A stretch of 64,000 nt of DNA from Bacilli bacterium (lineage in GTDB: Bacteria > Bacillota_I > Bacilli_A > RF39 > UBA660). The stretch covers positions 1,836 through 65,835 of the forward strand of contig JAFUTO010000015.1 of NCBI GenBank assembly GCA_017484205.1. Direction: 5' to 3'. Under the pieces are notes generated by a model. That model did no database searches. It worked only from the letters and a program-made list of their open reading frames with translations, and was not told where the DNA came from. This document shows positions 60,269 to 64,000 of the stretch, piece after piece (positions within the stretch are counted from its first letter, which is position 1; every line of letters starts with the position of its first letter). The position numbers and the translations under genes are program-made.

Positions 60269-60426
60269 TTCATTGTTCTATATTCTCTTGCACTCATTTT
60301 AACTTTAGAACCATCTTCTTTAGTTACAGTAACCATATTTAATTTTTGCATATGTTTAGTTGCATGACATGAATGTGTTCTAAGATTTCCAGATAAAGGT
60401 TTTCTACTTGTTGCTTTTTTAGCCAT
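60256..60426 (-). CDS. rpmB: 50S ribosomal protein L28
   Basis: Not in the ORF track. 56 aa: MAKKATSRKPLSGNLRTHSCHATKHMQKLNMVTVTKEDGSKVKMSAREYRTMKKAA. GGAGGAA RBS upstream. Confidence 0.75.
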   Translation of the reverse strand: MAKKATSRKPLSGNLRTHSCHATKHMQKLNMVTVTKEDGSKVKMSAREYRTMKKAA

Positions 60427-60641
60427 ATTAATTCCTCCTTGTTTTCTCCGACTTAATAATTTTACTATATAATTTAAGATAAGTCAATTATTTTAATAAA
60501 ATAATATGTTTAATAATTAAAAAAATATTGTAATTGGTTTAATAAAAATATATAATTGAATTATAAAGATTTATATAAAAAATGCATATTTATACATAAA
60601 ATAGACTTTTAGTTATACTAAAATGCAAGCGAGGTGATAAT

Positions 60642-63488
60642 ATGTATACACCACTTTATGTAAAAACAGATAATAGTCTTCTAACTAGTATGATAAAAGT
60701 AGAAGACCTAATTAGTTTTGCTAAAGAAAATAATATTAAAAGTTTAACCATAACTGATAATAATATGTATGGTGTTATGGATTTTTATCATGCCTGTATT
60801 AATAATGATATAAAACCTATTATTGGTTTAGAAGTTACTTATAAAGATGAGGTAATATTATTGTATGCCAAAAATTATAATGGGTATTTAAAACTTAATA
60901 AAATAGTTAGTAATGAGTTTATACCTGAAAAGGATGATAATCTAGTTGTTATTTTACCTTACGCTAGTAGAAAACTATATAGTGAATTAAAAGATAACTA
61001 TACAATGTTTTTAGGTTATAGTAATTTAGATGAAAAAAACAAAATAAAGGGTAATAATAAAATATATATAAATGAAACATTATGTTTAACAAGTGATGAT
61101 GAAGAATATTTAAAATATTTATATGGAATTAAAAATAATAAGGTATTATTAAGTGTTGATAAAGAATATAGTAATAATTATCTCCATACTTTAGATGAGG
61201 TTATTAAACTATCAGGTAATGATATGGAAAATAACTATAAATTTACTGAAATGTGTAATATAGAATTAAAATTTAATAATGATTTATTACCAAAATATCC
61301 ATGTGAAGATGCATATGCATATTTAAAAAAACTATGTATTGATGGACTTAAAAATATATTTGGTAACACTGTGGATAGAGTTTATCAAGAAAGATTAAAA
61401 TACGAACTTGGTATTATAAAAGAAATGGGTTTTTGTAATTACTTTTTAGTTGTATGGGATTATGTTAAGTTTGCTAAGGAAAATGGTATTTTAGTAGGAC
61501 CAGGAAGAGGTTCTGCGGCGGGTAGCTTAGTCGCATATCTACTTAATATTACAACAGTAGATCCTATAAAATATAATTTATTATTTGAAAGATTTTTAAA
61601 TCCTGAAAGGGTAACTATGCCCGATATAGATGTTGATTTTGAAGCAACAAGAAGAGAAGAAGTAGTTGAATATTGTAGAAAAAAATATGGTGAGAAAAAG
61701 GTAGTACCAATAATTGCTTTTGGAACAATGGCATCTAAACAAGCTGTTCGTGATGTAGCTAGAGTAATGGATATTAATCTTAAAGATGTAGATATGATTT
61801 GCAAAAAGATGGATGCGCGTAAATCATTAAAAGAAAATTTAACTAAAGTAAAAGAAGAATTATATACATCTGAACTTAAACAAATGTATAAAATAGCTAT
61901 GAAATTTGAAAATATCAAAAGACATGCAACTATTCATGCATCAGGAATTGTTATATCTAAAGTAGATTTAGATGAGATTATACCATTAGATAAAGGTCAT
62001 GAATTTTATACAACAGGATATGAGGATGATTATTTAGAAAAAATAGGTTTATATAAAATGGACTTTTTAGCTATTAGAAATCTTACTTTAATAGATAATG
62101 TATTAAAAGATATAAAAGATATAAATTTTGATGATATACCATTGGATGATTCAAAGGCTATTAAAGTATTTCATGATGTTTATACATTAGGCATATTTCA
62201 GTTTGAATCGACTGGTATGATGAACTTTTTAGCTAAATTAAAAGTAAATAATTTTACTGATATATATAATGCTATTGCCTTTTATAGACCAGGTCCTATG
62301 GATTCAATAGATACTTATTTAAAGAGAAGAGAGGGCAAAGAAAAAATCGAATATATAGTTCCTGCTTTAGAACCAATTTTAAAAGAAACTGCAGGTATTA
62401 TGGTATATCAAGAACAAGTTATGAATGTAGCTAGGGTAATTGCGGGATATTCCCTAGGTGAAGCAGATATATTAAGAAGGGCAATGTCTAAAAAGAAAGA
62501 AGAAGTATTGATTAAAGAGAAGGATAAATTTATAACTAGAAGTGTTGAAAATGGTTATACTAAAGATGTTGCAACTAAAATATATGACTTAATTTTAAAA
62601 TTTGCATCTTATGGATTTAATAAATCACATTCAGTTGTATATGCCTTGATATCATATCGTATGGCTTATTTAAAGGCACATTATCCTAATATATTCTTAA
62701 AACATTTACTAAATTCTGTTATAGGTGATGATACTAAAACTAAAAGTTATATTTATGAGTGTAAAAAGTACGCAGTTTTAGTAGTTGGTCCATCTATTAA
62801 TAATTCTTCCATATATTATGAAGTAGTAGATAATAAAATAGTATATCCATTTACTAATATTAAAGGATTTGGTAGGGCAATTGCTGAAGAAATAGTTAAT
62901 CAAAGGGAATCTAAGTATACTGATATATATGATTTCTTTGCTAGATGTCATTTAACTAAAAAAGTAATGGAGACATTAATACTAGTAGGTGCTTTAGATG
63001 AATTTGGATATACTAGAAAAACATTAATTCAAAATTTAGATGTTTTACTTAATTATGGTGAAGTAACAACATATCTAGATAGTGAATACGCGTTAAAACC
63101 AGAAATAGTGGAAATGGATGAATACCCTAGAAAAAAGAAAATGGCAGATGAACACGAATTATTAGGACTATATTTAACGGATCATCCTGTTACTGAATAT
63201 AGGAATAAATATAAAACAATACCTTTGTCTGATATATCTAAATATTTTGATAGATATATCAACATAATAGGGTTGATTGATAGAATAAATATTACTAAAT
63301 CATCAAAACCAACTTGCTTTATAACTATAAGTGATGAAGTAAGTAATATAGATTTGGTTTTATTTAATAAAACTTATGAACAAAATAAACTACTTAATAA
63401 AGGTGATGTAATTGAAGTAAATGGTAAAGTTGAAAAAAGATTTGATAAATATCAAATAATTGTTAGTAGTATAAAAGTATTAGAATGA
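60642..63488 (+). CDS. dnaE: DNA polymerase III alpha subunit (short-form DnaE)
   Basis: PHP domain N-terminus, polymerase core (GPGRGSAAGS, PDIDVDF), beta-binding and HhH regions. Only 948 aa. Confidence 0.85.
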   Translation: MYTPLYVKTDNSLLTSMIKVEDLISFAKENNIKSLTITDNNMYGVMDFYHACINNDIKPIIGLEVTYKDEVILLYAKNYNGYLKLNKIVSNEFIPEKDDNLVVILPYASRKLYSELKDNYTMFLGYSNLDEKNKIKGNNKIYINETLCLTSDDEEYLKYLYGIKNNKVLLSVDKEYSNNYLHTLDEVIKLSGNDMENNYKFTEMCNIELKFNNDLLPKYPCEDAYAYLKKLCIDGLKNIFGNTVDRVYQERLKYELGIIKEMGFCNYFLVVWDYVKFAKENGILVGPGRGSAAGSLVAYLLNITTVDPIKYNLLFERFLNPERVTMPDIDVDFEATRREEVVEYCRKKYGEKKVVPIIAFGTMASKQAVRDVARVMDINLKDVDMICKKMDARKSLKENLTKVKEELYTSELKQMYKIAMKFENIKRHATIHASGIVISKVDLDEIIPLDKGHEFYTTGYEDDYLEKIGLYKMDFLAIRNLTLIDNVLKDIKDINFDDIPLDDSKAIKVFHDVYTLGIFQFESTGMMNFLAKLKVNNFTDIYNAIAFYRPGPMDSIDTYLKRREGKEKIEYIVPALEPILKETAGIMVYQEQVMNVARVIAGYSLGEADILRRAMSKKKEEVLIKEKDKFITRSVENGYTKDVATKIYDLILKFASYGFNKSHSVVYALISYRMAYLKAHYPNIFLKHLLNSVIGDDTKTKSYIYECKKYAVLVVGPSINNSSIYYEVVDNKIVYPFTNIKGFGRAIAEEIVNQRESKYTDIYDFFARCHLTKKVMETLILVGALDEFGYTRKTLIQNLDVLLNYGEVTTYLDSEYALKPEIVEMDEYPRKKKMADEHELLGLYLTDHPVTEYRNKYKTIPLSDISKYFDRYINIIGLIDRINITKSSKPTCFITISDEVSNIDLVLFNKTYEQNKLLNKGDVIEVNGKVEKRFDKYQIIVSSIKVLE

Positions 63489-63499
63489 GAGGTAATTTA

Positions 63500-64000
63500 T
63501 GAGATATATAATTGCATTAATAATATCAAGACTTGCGTATTTTATGATTAAGTTAATAGGAAAAGATGGTACGTATTTTCCTGGTAAATTAGCTATTAAA
63601 ATATGCCCTGATTTTTTAGGTAGAATAAAAAAACCTAAAGTTATAATAGGAGTCACTGGTACAAATGGAAAAACTACAGTATGTAATATGATAATAGATA
63701 TACTAGAAGACAATGGATATAATGTGTTATCTAATAAAAAAGGTGCGAATATAAATTATGGTATAGCGTCTACTTTTTTGGAAGCGAAAGGTAATGAAGA
63801 AATAGCTGTATTAGAAATAGATGAGCGTAGTTCTAAATTGATATATCCTTATATCAAACCAAATTATGTAATAGTTACTAATTTTTTTAGAGATTCGATT
63901 AGACGTAATGCTCATCCAGAATATATTGTTAATTTTATTAATGAAGCTATTCCAAGTACTACAACTATGATATTGAATGGTGATGATTTAATATGTACAG
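63500..64000 (+). CDS. Mur ligase family protein (MurT/CapB-like), 5' part; continues beyond window
   Basis: GAGAGG RBS. ATP-binding motif GVTGTNGKTT at the expected position. Confidence 0.6.

Noticed and set aside
63480-63713. 77-aa minus-strand ORF at the dnaE / Mur-ligase junction
   Set aside because: Antisense to the Mur-ligase-family gene start. No RBS.

Overview
This is a very AT-rich (roughly 25-30% GC) chromosomal window from a low-GC Gram-positive bacterium, probably a Bacillota of the Clostridia or Erysipelotrichia type. Supporting clues are an archaeal-type ProRS, a short DnaE and SpoIVFA/SpoIVFB-like genes. Nearly all genes are on the + strand. Content in order:

- **1-12.7 kb, housekeeping:** tgt 3' end, RNase HIII, CvpA, MtaB-like radical SAM methylthiotransferase, RecD2, a prepilin, a cysteine desulfurase, VanZ and MutL.
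- **12.7-15.8 kb, cell-shape and sporulation-type block:** radC-mreC-mreD-spoIVFA-like-spoIVFB-like. There is no mreB or minCD.
- **15.8-17.6 kb:** rmlC and an M29 aminopeptidase.
- **17.7-20.7 kb:** a VTC-domain / DUF4956 / CotH-kinase triad.
- **20.7-38 kb, cell-wall glycan locus (~17 kb):**
  - a TagGH-like ABC exporter;
  - several GT2 and GT4 glycosyltransferases;
  - a GtrB/CsbB-like undecaprenyl-phosphate glycosyltransferase;
  - large polytopic membrane proteins and a DUF2304-like protein;
  - a Wzx-like flippase fused to a GT4 domain;
  - MnaA/WecB and GtrA.
- **38-39.6 kb:** a putative T-box leader and proS.
- **39.8-47.6 kb, integrative islet (~7.7 kb).** It is inserted into the anticodon loop of a tRNA-Arg(CCU) gene. 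The tRNA is split into a 5' half at 39824-39863 and a 3' half at 47551-47596, with a 9-bp direct repeat CCTCCTAAG at both junctions. The islet carries its own intact replacement tRNA-Arg(CCU) and a tyrosine integrase with an Xis-like protein. It also carries an XRE repressor, three small membrane proteins, and a five-gene minus-strand operon of entirely uncharacterised Lys/Asn-rich proteins. This cargo is the best candidate for an undescribed system.
- **47.6-64 kb:** rmlD, an HD-domain protein, an ABC transporter with two ABC-2 permeases, RNase HII, an MBL-fold hydrolase, a 540-aa prepilin-LRR (BspA-like) fusion, an rnf operon (rnfC, an rnfD-rnfG fusion with two FMN-binding domains, an embedded small peptide ORF, rnfE, rnfA; no rnfB), rpmB on the minus strand, a short dnaE and the start of a Mur-ligase-family gene.

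No CRISPR arrays, rRNA genes or transposases were seen.
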